Assembly (NCBI GenBank): GCA_040511595.1
Contig: JBEVGU010000101.1
Coordinates: 1 to 60,997 of the forward strand
DNA length: 60,997 bases
Direction: 5' to 3'
Source: Actinomycetota bacterium
GTDB taxonomy: Bacteria > Actinomycetota > UBA4738 > HRBIN12
Part shown: one piece after another, positions 8,481 to 21,399 of the stretch
How positions within the stretch are numbered: position 1 is the first letter of the stretch
How the letters are laid out: every line of letters begins with the position of its first letter
Made by a program: the position numbers and the translations under genes
The notes under the pieces: generated by a model
The model's input: only the letters and a program-made list of their open reading frames with translations
What the model was told of the DNA's origin: nothing
The model's database searches: none

Positions 8481-8863
8481 GCGCTCTCCTTCTCGCTGAC
8501 GAGCTCCAGTAGCCGGTCGGCCAGCTCGAACGGGTCGGGCGGCTTCACGAACCAGGCGTCGGCCCCGGACCACTCCGCGAGCCATGCGTCGTGTTTGCGC
8601 TCCAACAGGATCACGATCACCCCCGTGAACGGATCGATGTCGTCGCGCAGCGCTTTGGCGAGGGCGAACGCCCCGGCCCGCGAGGCGATCTCGTCGGCGA
8701 CTACCACGTCGGGCCGCTCGCGCAAGGCCGCGCGGATGCCGAGCTCGCCGTTGGCCGCCGCCCGGAATCGCAGCTCGCCGCCCAGCGCTCGTTCCACGCT
8801 TCGGACCGCGAGCGCCGTCAGCTCGCGTGACGCCGAGTCGGGCGAGACCAACAGCACGTCCAC
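8477..8863 (-). CDS. Stand-alone CheY-like receiver domain protein, atypical
   Basis: 3' part of ORF 8477..9703; the rest of that ORF is antisense to the MIP gene. Segments VDVLLVSPDS, DVVVADEIAS, VIVILLERK and WFVKPP keep the phospho-Asp and Lys equivalents. The Thr/Ser and one acidic-pocket Asp are replaced. No output domain. Confidence 0.7.
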   Translation of the reverse strand: MDVLLVSPDSASRELTALAVRSVERALGGELRFRAAANGELGIRAALRERPDVVVADEIASRAGAFALAKALRDDIDPFTGVIVILLERKHDAWLAEWSGADAWFVKPPDPFELADRLLELVSEKESA

Positions 8864-8870
8864 GGCCAGG

Positions 8871-8876
8871 ATGCTA
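8871..8876 (-). promoter_or_regulatory. -10 hexamer TAGCAT, 7 nt upstream of GTG 8863 (leaderless-type)
   Basis: The minus strand reads TAGCAT-CCTGGCC-GTG, with no SD. Confidence 0.45.
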
Positions 8877-9005
8877 CCGGGTTTCGGAGGCGCCTTTCGG
8901 GGGCACGATCGTCGTTGCCCGGCCCGCCGAGCGCGGGCTAGGCTCGCGTCTGGCCCGGGCCCAGGGCCATGAAGGGCACGCCATCCGCAGCCTTCGGCTC
9001 CACCG

Positions 9006-9707
9006 GTGGAGGGGACCTTGGAGAGCATCGGGAAAGCGGCCGTCGCCGAGTTCGTGGCCACCTTCGCGCTCGTCTCGGTCGTCGCGGGTGCGGTGATCCT
9101 CAACGCGAACGGGCAGCTCGACCTCACCGGGGTCGCGCTGGCGAACGGGCTCGTGCTGGCGATCATGATCTCGATCACCGCCCACATCTCGGGTGGACTC
9201 GTGAACCCCGCCGTGGCGATCTCGCTGTGGGCCACCGGCAGGCTCCCGACGGTTCGCGCAGGGGTCTTGATCGGAGCGGAGCTGGCGGGAGCCGTGGCGG
9301 GCGCCTTCCTGCTGAGGTTCCTGCTTCCCAACGAACTGTTCGACGCTGGGGGCGGCGGGATCTCGGCGCTCGGTGACGGCATCTCGGCCGCCAAGGGCAT
9401 CCTGATCGAGGCGGTCATCACGTTCTTCCTCGTCTTCGCGATGTTCGGCACGCTGATCGACGACCGCGGGCCGTTCTCGAAGACGGCCGGCCTCACGATC
9501 GGCCTCGTGGTCGCATTCGACATCTTGGCCTTCGGCCCGTACACGGGCGCGGCGACGAACCCGGCTCGATGGTTCGGTCCCGCCCTGGCAACGACCGATT
9601 GGTCCGACTGGTACGTGTGGATCGTCGGCCCCGTCTCGGGCGGCATCATCGCGGGAGTGCTGTACTGGGGCGTGTTCCTGAAGGACCGCGAACAGCCGAC
9701 CATATGA
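9006..9707 (+). CDS. MIP-family channel (aquaporin/glyceroporin type)
   Basis: ORF 9006..9707. Two NPA boxes ([18 protein letters not shown]) and six hydrophobic segments. Start is GTG 9006 or TTG 9018 (GGAGG lies 5 nt upstream of the latter). Confidence 0.9.
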   Translation: MEGTLESIGKAAVAEFVATFALVSVVAGAVILNANGQLDLTGVALANGLVLAIMISITAHISGGLVNPAVAISLWATGRLPTVRAGVLIGAELAGAVAGAFLLRFLLPNELFDAGGGGISALGDGISAAKGILIEAVITFFLVFAMFGTLIDDRGPFSKTAGLTIGLVVAFDILAFGPYTGAATNPARWFGPALATTDWSDWYVWIVGPVSGGIIAGVLYWGVFLKDREQPTI

Positions 9708-10909
9708 CCACGACCTCACCGCGCGACATCTACCTCGACGGCGCCTCGGCCTCCCCGATGCTGCCCGAGGCACGCGCCGCCCTGATCGATTCGCTCGACA
9801 CGGTCGGCGATCCCTTGTGGATCCACGCGCCGGGCCGGGCCGCGCGTGCCCTGCTCGACGATGCTCGAGAGACCGTGGCCGCCTCGCTCGGTGCCCAGCC
9901 CGACGAGATCGTCTTCACGTCGGGCGGCACGGAGTCGGTGGCCCTGGCGATCTGGGGAGCGGTGCGCGCCGTGCGGGAGCTCGGTAGCCGGATCGTCATG
10001 AGCGCCGTCGAGCATCCGGCGGTCGGCGGCGTCGGCAACGTGTTGCAGAGCGACGGGTTCGAGGTGGTCGAGATCCCGGTCGACCCGTTCGGCCGCCTCG
10101 ATCTCGATCGATACCAGGCCGAGGTGCGGAAGCCGGGCACCTTGCTCGCCAGCGTGCAGCACGCGAACCACGAACTCGGCACGATGCAGCAGATCGGTGA
10201 AGCGGCCCGCCTCGCGCGAGAGGCGAAGATCCGGTTCCACAGCGACGCCTGCCAGACCGTAGGCAGGTTGCCGGTCGATGCAGAGGCGCTCGGGGTCGAC
10301 CTGCTCTCGTGCTCCGCGCACAAGTTCGGCGGCCCGCCCGGCGTCGGCGCCCTCTACGTTCGTCGCGGCGTCGGGGTGACCGCGTACCCCTGCGGCGATG
10401 ACCGGGAGCGCAAGCGCCGGTCGGGCATGGAGAACACGCCGGGCATCATCGCCATGGCCGCGGCGTTGCGGGCGTCGCTGGCATCGATGGGCGACACGGC
10501 CGCGACGCAGTGGGCGCTGACGGCCAGACTGCGTGAAGGGATCGTCGAGACCGTGCCGGGGGCCGTCGTGCACGGGCATCCCACCCATCGCACGCCGCAC
10601 CTCGTCTGCTTCAGCGTGGAGGGCCTCGACGCGCCGACCCTGATGATGGCCCTCGACGATCGAGGCTTCCATCTGGCGGCGGGCTCGCTGTGCTCGGGAC
10701 AGCCCGGCGACGCCTCGCCCGTGCTCGAGCGCATCGGATTCCCGGGGATCAGCAGCTTCCGCGTGGGCCTCGGCCCGACGAGCACCGACGCCGACATCGA
10801 CGCGCTGCTCGACGTCTTGCCAGGGCTGGTCGAGGAGCTTCGCGATGTCTCCGCACGCTCCGAAGAGGCGTTGGCGCACTTCCGAGCGCGCGGCACGCCC
10901 GGTGGCTGA
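9704..10909 (+). CDS. Cysteine desulfurase, NifS/IscS-like (class V aminotransferase)
   Basis: 3' part of ORF 9569..10909 from ATG 9704, overlapping the MIP stop (ATGA). Motifs: [14 protein letters not shown] (PLP Lys) and the GSLCSG loop. Confidence 0.85.
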   Translation: MTTTSPRDIYLDGASASPMLPEARAALIDSLDTVGDPLWIHAPGRAARALLDDARETVAASLGAQPDEIVFTSGGTESVALAIWGAVRAVRELGSRIVMSAVEHPAVGGVGNVLQSDGFEVVEIPVDPFGRLDLDRYQAEVRKPGTLLASVQHANHELGTMQQIGEAARLAREAKIRFHSDACQTVGRLPVDAEALGVDLLSCSAHKFGGPPGVGALYVRRGVGVTAYPCGDDRERKRRSGMENTPGIIAMAAALRASLASMGDTAATQWALTARLREGIVETVPGAVVHGHPTHRTPHLVCFSVEGLDAPTLMMALDDRGFHLAAGSLCSGQPGDASPVLERIGFPGISSFRVGLGPTSTDADIDALLDVLPGLVEELRDVSARSEEALAHFRARGTPGG

Positions 10910-10921
10910 CCCGCGGAAGCG

Positions 10922-11965
10922 CTATCCGACAGTCCAGGTGTCGCCGCCGTGCAGGAGCGCGCCGAGGTCGCCTTTGCCGAGCCGCTCCTCCGCGCTCTGC
11001 AGCTGCGCGTGCATCGCCTCGCCGAAGACCGGACGGTCGAAGTCGCGGAACACGCCGATGCAGGTGGCCTCGTGGGGGCCGAGGGACAGGTGCGCCAGCC
11101 CGAACGGCAGCGAGGGACGCCCGCCGGCCTGGTGCACCACGATGCGCTCGGGGTCGACCTCGGCCGTCGGCTTGACCTGCAAGCGCCCGTTGTCTCCGAC
11201 GATCACACATTTCGCGCCCTCGTCGAAGACGATCGGCTCCCCGTCGACCAGCCGGATCTGGTGGTGCACGCCTTCCTTCTTCTCTCGAAGCAAGTCGAAC
11301 GCCCCGTCGTTGAAGACGTTGCAGTTCTGATAGATCTCGACGAAGGCGGTGCCGCGGTGCGCCGCCGCCTGGCGGAGCACCTCGGTGAGGTGCTGGCGGT
11401 CGTTGTCGAGCGTCCGCGCGACGAACGTGGCCTCGGCGCCGAGAGCCACGGCGATCGGGTTGAACGGATGGTCCACCGAGCCGAACGGCGTCGATTTCGT
11501 GACCTTCCCTTCCTCGCTCGTCGGCGAGTACTGGCCCTTCGTCAAGCCGTAGATCTGGTTGTTGAACAGCAGGATCTTGATGTTCACGTTCCGACGAAGC
11601 GCGTGGATCAGGTGGTTGCCGCCGATCGAGAGGCCGTCGCCGTCGCCCGTGACGACCCAGACGCTCAGGTCGGGGTTCGCCGTGGCGATGCCCGTGGCGA
11701 TCGCGGGGGCGCGGCCGTGGATGCCGTGCACGCCGTAGGTGTCCATGTAATACGTGAATCGGCCGCTGCAGCCGATGCCCGAGACGAACACGGTCTTGTG
11801 CGGTTCGATGCCGAGTTCGGGCATGAAGCCCTGCACGGCCGAGAGGATGGCGTAATCACCGCAGCCCGGGCACCACCGCACCTCCTGGTCGGAGGTGAAG
11901 TCCTTCTTCGTGAGGGTGTCGACGGCCCCGGTCGCGCCGTCGCCGTTCTCGACCACGTCACTCAT
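10922..11965 (-). CDS. korB: 2-oxoglutarate:ferredoxin oxidoreductase, beta (TPP-binding) subunit
   Basis: ORF 10922..11965. Motifs: WCPGCGDY, SGIGCSGRF, TGDGDGLSIGGNH. Confidence 0.9.
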   Translation of the reverse strand: MSDVVENGDGATGAVDTLTKKDFTSDQEVRWCPGCGDYAILSAVQGFMPELGIEPHKTVFVSGIGCSGRFTYYMDTYGVHGIHGRAPAIATGIATANPDLSVWVVTGDGDGLSIGGNHLIHALRRNVNIKILLFNNQIYGLTKGQYSPTSEEGKVTKSTPFGSVDHPFNPIAVALGAEATFVARTLDNDRQHLTEVLRQAAAHRGTAFVEIYQNCNVFNDGAFDLLREKKEGVHHQIRLVDGEPIVFDEGAKCVIVGDNGRLQVKPTAEVDPERIVVHQAGGRPSLPFGLAHLSLGPHEATCIGVFRDFDRPVFGEAMHAQLQSAEERLGKGDLGALLHGGDTWTVG

Positions 11966-13811
11966 GCAGCACGCTCTCGATCTCCCGTTCGAGGTCCTCC
12001 GCGAAGATCGGGAGACCCTGCACCTTGGTGAAGCTCTTCGCGTCGACCAGGAACCTCGCCCTGATCAGCATCGACAGTTGCCCCAGGTTCATCTCGGGGA
12101 TCAGCACCTTCCGGTAGGCACGGACGACGTCTCCGGTGTTCGCCGGGAACGGGTTGAGGTGGCGGAGGTGGGCCGTCGCGACCTTGCCGCCCCCGTCGCG
12201 CACGCGCCGGGCCGCCGCACGGATCGTGCCCAGCGAGGAACCCCACCCGAGCACGAGCAGCTCGGCGTCGCCCGCCGGGTCGTCGACCTCGAGCGGTGGG
12301 ACGTCGCCGGCGATGCCGTCGACCTTCGCCTGCCGCAGGTGGGTCATGCGCTCGTGGTTCTCGGGCTCGTAGCTGATGTTGCCGGTGACGTCCTCGCGCT
12401 CGAGCCCGCCGATACGGTGCACGAGCCCCGGCGTGCCGGGCACGGCCCACGGACGCGCCAGCCGTTCGTCACGCTTGTACGGCAGGAACCCGTCGCCGTT
12501 GGCCACGGCGAAGTCCGGATCGATCACCGGGAGGTCGTCGACCTCGGGCACGCGCCACGGCTCCGACGAGTTCGACAGGAACGTGTCGGAGAGCAGGATC
12601 ACCGGCGTGCGGTAGCGAACCGCGATGCGTGCAGCTTCCAGGGCCACGTCGAAGCAGTCCGACGGCGAGGAAGGCGAGACGATCGGCATCGGGCTCTCGC
12701 CGTGCCGGCCGAACATCGCGAGCAGCAGGTCGCCCTGCTCGGTCTTGGTCGGCAGGCCGGTCGAGGGACCGCCACGCTGCACGTCGACGATCAGCATCGG
12801 CAGCTCCATGATCACCGCGAGGCCGAGGGTCTCGGCCTTCAGGTCCATGCCGGGGCCGCTCGTGCCCGTCACCGCAAGGTGGCCGGCGAACGCCGCGCCG
12901 AGTGCGGCGTTGGCGGCCGCGATCTCGTCCTCGGCCTGCAGGGTGATCACCCCGAAGTTCTTGTGCCGCGACAGCTCGTGCAACAACTCGGAGGCAGGCG
13001 TGATCGGATAGCTCGCGTAGAACAGCCGCAGCCCGCTCCGCTGCGAGGCAGCGACCAATCCCCACGAGAGCGCGGTCGCTCCAGCGATGTTTCGATACGT
13101 GCCGGGATCGACCGGCGCGGCCGCGATCCTGTAGGAATGCGCGAACAGCTCGGTGGTCTCGCCGAAGTTGTACCCGGCCTTGAACGCCGCGACGTTCGCG
13201 TCGTAGATCTCCGGCCTGGTGCCGAACTTCCGCTCGAGCCACTGCAGGGTCGTCTCGGTGGGACGACCGAACATCCACGAGACGAGGCCGAGGGCGAACA
13301 TGTTCTTCGCGCGCTCGGCTTCCTTCTTGCCGATGCCGACGCCCTCGGTCGCGCGAACGGTCATCGAGGTCATGGGTACCTTGAAGACCTGGTAGGCCTC
13401 GAGCGATCCGTCGGAGGTCGGATCGCTCGCGTACCCGGCCTTCTCGACGTTGCGTTGGGTGAAGGCGTCCTCGTTGATGATCAACGTGCCGCCTGGACCC
13501 ACCGTCGCGAGGTCGGCCTTCAGCGCTGCGGGGTTCATCGCGATCAGCACGTCGGCGTGGTCACCCGGCGTCGTGATGTCACTCGAGGCGAACTGGATCT
13601 GGAACGCCGAGACCCCGTGCACCGTGCCCGCGGGGGCGCGGATCTCCGCGGGGAAGTCGGGCAGCGTCGCGAGGTCGTTCCCGAGCACCGCGGTCGCGGA
13701 CGTGAAGCGGTCCCCCGTGAGCTGCATACCGTCGCCCGAGTCGCCCGCGAACCGAACGACGACGCGTTCCTTCTCTTCGACGGTCTTGATCGTACTGGTG
13801 GTCGTGGACAT
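11958..13811 (-). CDS. korA: 2-oxoglutarate:ferredoxin oxidoreductase, alpha subunit
   Basis: 3' part of ORF 11958..13892 from ATG 13811. Motif RFAGDSGDGMQLTG. Overlaps the korB start by 8 nt. Confidence 0.9.
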   Translation of the reverse strand: MSTTTSTIKTVEEKERVVVRFAGDSGDGMQLTGDRFTSATAVLGNDLATLPDFPAEIRAPAGTVHGVSAFQIQFASSDITTPGDHADVLIAMNPAALKADLATVGPGGTLIINEDAFTQRNVEKAGYASDPTSDGSLEAYQVFKVPMTSMTVRATEGVGIGKKEAERAKNMFALGLVSWMFGRPTETTLQWLERKFGTRPEIYDANVAAFKAGYNFGETTELFAHSYRIAAAPVDPGTYRNIAGATALSWGLVAASQRSGLRLFYASYPITPASELLHELSRHKNFGVITLQAEDEIAAANAALGAAFAGHLAVTGTSGPGMDLKAETLGLAVIMELPMLIVDVQRGGPSTGLPTKTEQGDLLLAMFGRHGESPMPIVSPSSPSDCFDVALEAARIAVRYRTPVILLSDTFLSNSSEPWRVPEVDDLPVIDPDFAVANGDGFLPYKRDERLARPWAVPGTPGLVHRIGGLEREDVTGNISYEPENHERMTHLRQAKVDGIAGDVPPLEVDDPAGDAELLVLGWGSSLGTIRAAARRVRDGGGKVATAHLRHLNPFPANTGDVVRAYRKVLIPEMNLGQLSMLIRARFLVDAKSFTKVQGLPIFAEDLEREIESVLHE

Positions 13812-13917
13812 GCGCTGGTCCGGCCGTGCCGACCGAGGCTCCCTTCGTTCGCGGGCTGTTCGAGGCCGGTCACACCTAGCGTAATGCCGCATCGGGCCCT
13901 CGACGGCCGGTCGCGGG

Positions 13918-13923
13918 TAGATT
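13918..13923 (+). promoter_or_regulatory. -10 hexamer TAGATT, 6 nt upstream of ATG 13930 (leaderless-type)
   Basis: TAGATT-CACACC-ATG, no SD. Confidence 0.45.
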
Positions 13924-13929
13924 CACACC

Positions 13930-14892
13930 ATGAGGACACATCGACTCGGATCGAACGGGCCTGAACTATCGGTCGTCGGCTACGGCGCATGGGAGGCGGG
14001 CGGCACCGCGTGGGGACCGAACGAGTCCGATGACGCCGTGATCGGCGCCATGCGGTCGGCGCTCGACGCGGGCATCACGTGGATCGACACAGCCGAGGTC
14101 TACGGCGATGGCGTCTCCGAGTCCCTCGTGGGCCGCGCGATCGCCGGACGGCGAGACGAGGTGATCGTGGCGTCGAAAGTCGCACCGGCGCCCGAGGGCT
14201 CTGGGTTCCGCCCCGAACAGATCCGGGAGGCGTGCGATGCCTCGCTCGGCCGCCTGGGCACCGACGTGATCGACCTCTACCAGCTCCATTGGCCGGACTC
14301 GAGCGGCGTGGCGCTCGAAGAGACCTGGGGCGCGATGGCCGGGCTGGTCGATGCGGGAAAGGTGCGCTCCATCGGTGTGTCGAACTTCGACCGCGAGCTG
14401 ATCGAGCGCTGCGGCCCGATCCGCCACGTCGACTCACTGCAGCAGGAGTTCTCGATGCTGAACCGCCGCGACGCCGCCCTGATCGCCTGGTGCGGGGAAC
14501 GCGGCACGGGGGTCGTGAGCTACGGGCCGCTCGCGTTCGGCCTGCTGACCGGAGCGATCACGGCCGAGACGGCGTTCGGCGAGGGCGATTGGCGGGGCGG
14601 CGACGGCGATCCAGACGACCCCGACGAGGTCGACCTCTTCGCCGCCGACGTGCTTCCGGGCGCGCTCGCGGTGGTCGACCGGCTCCGGCCGATCGCCGCG
14701 CGGGTCGGCGCCAATCTCCCCCAGCTCGCCCTCGCATGGAACGTGCACCAGCCCGGGGTGACGAGCGCGATCGCGGGCAGCCGCAACGCCGACCACGTGA
14801 GGTCGAACGCGGAAGGCGGCGACATCGTGCTCGACGCGGCCACGATCGACGAGGTGCACGGGATCCTCGACGACGCGAACGTGGGCGGGTGA
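13930..14892 (+). CDS. Aldo/keto reductase
   Basis: ORF 13930..14892. Motifs: [26 protein letters not shown]. Confidence 0.9.
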   Translation: MRTHRLGSNGPELSVVGYGAWEAGGTAWGPNESDDAVIGAMRSALDAGITWIDTAEVYGDGVSESLVGRAIAGRRDEVIVASKVAPAPEGSGFRPEQIREACDASLGRLGTDVIDLYQLHWPDSSGVALEETWGAMAGLVDAGKVRSIGVSNFDRELIERCGPIRHVDSLQQEFSMLNRRDAALIAWCGERGTGVVSYGPLAFGLLTGAITAETAFGEGDWRGGDGDPDDPDEVDLFAADVLPGALAVVDRLRPIAARVGANLPQLALAWNVHQPGVTSAIAGSRNADHVRSNAEGGDIVLDAATIDEVHGILDDANVGG

Positions 14893-14899
14893 TCGCTCC

Positions 14900-15397
14900 T
14901 CAGGCCTGGCGTTGCACCTGACGGAGGCGCCGCACGATCCCGTCGAGCAGCTTCAAGGTGACCTGAGGCTCGTCCTTCACCAGCGCCATCAGGTGGCGAC
15001 GGAACAACCGCAGCACCCGCAGCGGGGTCACGGCGACCACCGTCGCGCTGCGTGGCTGGGCGTCGATCGCCGCCAGCTCGCCGAAGAAGTCGCCCGGCAG
15101 CATCGTGCCGACCTTCCTCCCGCGCCTGACGACCTTGCCCTCACCTTCGAGCACCACGAACAGCGTCTCGCCGAGGTCGCCCTCACGCACGACGGCCTCC
15201 CGGGGCTCGAACATGAGCTCGTCGGTGTCGCCCGCGAGACGCCGGAGCTGGCGCTTGGAGAAGCCCGAGAAGAGCGGGATCCCCGCGAGGACGGTCGCCG
15301 TCTGTCGCTGCGTGCGACGGATCGGCTGCTCGGGCCGGCGCCCGACGGCCGGGCGGCCCGACCCGCGACTCAGCATGTCGGGAAGGCTCTGGCTCAT
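14900..15397 (-). CDS. Stand-alone cyclic-nucleotide-binding (cNMP/Crp-type) domain protein
   Basis: ORF 14900..15436 trimmed to ATG 15397 on the basis of the -10 box. Motifs: [34 protein letters not shown]. Confidence 0.75.
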   Translation of the reverse strand: MSQSLPDMLSRGSGRPAVGRRPEQPIRRTQRQTATVLAGIPLFSGFSKRQLRRLAGDTDELMFEPREAVVREGDLGETLFVVLEGEGKVVRRGRKVGTMLPGDFFGELAAIDAQPRSATVVAVTPLRVLRLFRRHLMALVKDEPQVTLKLLDGIVRRLRQVQRQA

Positions 15398-15405
15398 GGC
15401 ACCGC

Positions 15406-15411
15406 AGCCTA
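15406..15411 (-). promoter_or_regulatory. -10 hexamer TAGGCT, 8 nt upstream of ATG 15397 (leaderless-type)
   Basis: The minus strand reads TAGGCT-GCGGTGCC-ATG. It sits back-to-back with the metH -10 box. Confidence 0.4.
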
Positions 15412-15471
15412 CCCCGGCCCACGCCGACGGAGCCAATCCCTGCCCGTGTGGGCGGACGAAGGGGGCACCGC

Positions 15472-15477
15472 TAGTGT
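15472..15477 (+). promoter_or_regulatory. -10 hexamer TAGTGT, 7 nt upstream of metH ATG 15485 (leaderless-type)
   Basis: TAGTGT-GAAGCGC-ATG, no SD. Confidence 0.45.
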
Positions 15478-15484
15478 GAAGCGC

Positions 15485-19123
<3,639 letters not shown>

Positions 19124-19206
19124 TCGAGGCGCGCCAGGCCGCAGCGGCGTGCCGGCCGCCCGCGCTCCATCCTGGTCGTCCAGGAGGCGCCACGAGAGCC
19201 TGCTGG

Positions 19207-19212
19207 TAGCGT
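19207..19212 (+). promoter_or_regulatory. -10 hexamer TAGCGT, 7 nt upstream of ATG 19220 (leaderless-type)
   Basis: TAGCGT-CGGGCCG-ATG, no SD. Confidence 0.4.
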
Positions 19213-19219
19213 CGGGCCG

Positions 19220-20476
19220 ATGACCGCCTTCTGGCATCCCTTCGCCGACATGGCCGTCGTCGAGGCGAACGGGGCGACCAGCGTCGTGCGGGGTGAGGGC
19301 GCGTACGTCTTCGACGACTCCGGACGCCGCTACCTCGATGCGACCGCATCGCTCTGGTACTGCAACGTGGGGTGGGGCCGGCACGAGATCGCCGACGCGG
19401 CCGCGACACAGATGCGCGCGCTGCCCACCTACTCGACGTTCGGCGACCTCACGAACGGCCCGGCGGAGGCGCTCGCCGAGCGGGTGGCCGCGCTCGCCCC
19501 AGTGCGCGGCTCGAAGGTGTTCCTCACGAGCGGCGGCTCGGACTCGATCGACACCGCCACGAAGATGGCTCGGCGCTATTGGCAGCTACGAGGCGAGGCC
19601 GGGCGCACCGTGCTGATCCGGCGCGAGAAGGCCTACCACGGCATGCACACGGCGGGCACGTCGCTCGCGGGCATCGCGGCCAACGCTGCGGGCCACGGTC
19701 AGCTGATCGAGGACGTCGCCGAGGTGCCGTGGGACGACGCGACCGCCCTGCGCACCGCGATCGAGGCCGAAGGCCCGGACAGGGTCGCCGCCTTCTTCTG
19801 TGAGCCCGTGATCGGCGCCGGTGGCGTCTTCCCGCCCCCGCCGGGCTACCTCGAGGCCGCTCGCGACGTGTGTCGGCAGACCGGCGTGCTCTTCGTGGCC
19901 GACGAGGTCATCACCGGCTTCGGCCGCACGGGAGATTGGTTCGCCTCGAGCCGCTTCGGGCTCGACCCCGATATCGTCACCTGCGCGAAGGGCATCACCA
20001 GCGGCTATCTGCCGATGGGCGGCGTGATCGCCGCGCCTCCAATCGCCGAACCGTTCTGGGAGCCCGGTGCCGGGCCGTGGCGGCACGGCTACACGTACAG
20101 CGGCCATGCGACGGTCGCGGCGGCCGCACTCGCAAACCTCGACATCATGGAGCGCGAGGCCCTGCCCGAACGTGCCTTGAAGCTCGAGACGCCGCTGTTC
20201 GAGGCGCTGCGGCCGCTCGCGGATCACGAACTGGTCGAGGAGGTCCGAGGCGGCGTCGGGTTGCTCGCGGCCGTGAACCTGGGGCAGGACCTCGTTGCCG
20301 ACGATCCGTCGTTGCCGGGACGAGTCGGCGCGGCGTGCCGAAAGGCCGGCCTCCTCATCAGGCCGCTCGTCGCAGGGGCGCTCGCCGTCTCGCCGCCGCT
20401 CGTGATCGGTGAGGAGCACATCGCCGAGATCGCCGACGGGTTCCGCGCGGGCCTCGACGCGGTCGCAGCGAACTAG
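19220..20476 (+). CDS. Class-III PLP-dependent aminotransferase (omega-transaminase-like)
   Basis: ORF 19220..20476. Motifs: FLTSGGSDSIDTA, ADEVITGFGRTG, CAKGITSGYLPMG. Confidence 0.9.
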   Translation: MTAFWHPFADMAVVEANGATSVVRGEGAYVFDDSGRRYLDATASLWYCNVGWGRHEIADAAATQMRALPTYSTFGDLTNGPAEALAERVAALAPVRGSKVFLTSGGSDSIDTATKMARRYWQLRGEAGRTVLIRREKAYHGMHTAGTSLAGIAANAAGHGQLIEDVAEVPWDDATALRTAIEAEGPDRVAAFFCEPVIGAGGVFPPPPGYLEAARDVCRQTGVLFVADEVITGFGRTGDWFASSRFGLDPDIVTCAKGITSGYLPMGGVIAAPPIAEPFWEPGAGPWRHGYTYSGHATVAAAALANLDIMEREALPERALKLETPLFEALRPLADHELVEEVRGGVGLLAAVNLGQDLVADDPSLPGRVGAACRKAGLLIRPLVAGALAVSPPLVIGEEHIAEIADGFRAGLDAVAAN

Positions 20477-20518
20477 GCCCGGTGAACGACACGCCGAGAC
20501 CGAACACGAGCACGAACG

Positions 20519-20839
20519 TCAGTGGAACGAACTGCCGCAGGCGCAGCCGCCCTGGGCGGCTGGGTTGTCGATCGTGAAGCCCGTCTGCTCCAGGGTGTCG
20601 ACGAAGTCGATCGTCGCCTGTGAGAGGTACGGCACGCTCATCTTGTCGATCACGAGTCGCACGCCGAATTGCTCTTCGGCCTGATCCTTCTCGCCGAACT
20701 GGTCATCGAGAAACATCGCGTAGCGGAGCCCCGAGCACCCTCCCGGCTGCACGGCGACGCGCAACGCGACGTCGTCGCGGCCTTCCTCGGCAAGCAGTTC
20801 CTTGACCTTGCCGGCGGCGGTCTGCGTGAGCGTGATCAT
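20519..20839 (-). CDS. HesB/IscA/ErpA-type Fe-S cluster carrier (A-type carrier)
   Basis: 3' part of ORF 20519..21028 from ATG 20839 (GGAGGAA SD). Motifs: GGCSGLRY and C-terminal GGCACGSSF. Confidence 0.9.
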   Translation of the reverse strand: MITLTQTAAGKVKELLAEEGRDDVALRVAVQPGGCSGLRYAMFLDDQFGEKDQAEEQFGVRLVIDKMSVPYLSQATIDFVDTLEQTGFTIDNPAAQGGCACGSSFH

Positions 20840-20874
20840 CGTTCCTCCGGGAGTGTCGCGGGCTCGGCCCACCA

Positions 20875-20880
20875 AGTCTA
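20875..20880 (-). promoter_or_regulatory. -10 hexamer TAGACT upstream of the A-type carrier gene (about 30-nt leader with SD)
   Basis: The minus strand reads GGGTAGACTTGG, 35 nt upstream of ATG 20839. Confidence 0.35.
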
Positions 20881-20928
20881 CCCGCCGATGGCCTAGATTC
20901 CGGTCTCGGCGATCGATATCCTCCGGAT

Positions 20929-21399
20929 TCAGCGCTGGGCGATGTCCACGACCACCGCGCCGCTCAGCCGGACGAGGTCCCCCGGGGTGAGGGAGAAGAC
21001 CGAGTCTGGCGTGCCCGCGGCCGCCCACACCTCGTCGTGCGCGAGCAGGTCCTCATCGCAGAAGGCGCGGACGCGGTCGACATGGCCGAACGGAGGCGTG
21101 CCGCCGACGGCGAAGCCGGTCGCGGCGCGGGCCTCCTCGGGGCTGGCTCGCCGGACGACCGTCGCCACCGCGACTCCGGCGAGCTTCGACTCGTCCACCC
21201 GGTTCGACCCGGACGTGAGCGCGAGGACGACCGCACCGTCGGCGGCGAACACGAGCGACTTCACGATCTGGCCGACGTCGCACCCGATCGCCCTCGCGGC
21301 GTCGTCGGCGGTCTTCGTGCCTTCGGGGAACCGACGCGGCTGCGGGTGGAGCCCAAGGGCTCGAGCCGCCTCGACGAATCGTTCCATCGCCCCGCTCAT
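20929..21399 (-). CDS. YbaK/ProX-type aminoacyl-tRNA editing (deacylase) domain protein
   Basis: 3' part of ORF 20929..22128 from ATG 21399 (ATGA overlap with the glycerate kinase stop). Motifs: GQIVKSLVF, GGTPPFGH. Confidence 0.8.
   Translation of the reverse strand: MSGAMERFVEAARALGLHPQPRRFPEGTKTADDAARAIGCDVGQIVKSLVFAADGAVVLALTSGSNRVDESKLAGVAVATVVRRASPEEARAATGFAVGGTPPFGHVDRVRAFCDEDLLAHDEVWAAAGTPDSVFSLTPGDLVRLSGAVVVDIAQR

Noticed and set aside
11895-13964. 689-aa ORF on the plus strand
   Set aside because: It is antisense to korA/korB. It is Arg/Asp/Gly-rich junk, while the minus frames carry the TPP and ferredoxin-oxidoreductase motifs.
15398-15484. Possible cobalamin or SAM riboswitch upstream of metH
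   Set aside because: Only about 87 nt separate the divergent start codons, and both have -10 boxes within 8 nt of the start. There is no room for a riboswitch of 100 to 200 nt, and no B12-box-like sequence is present.
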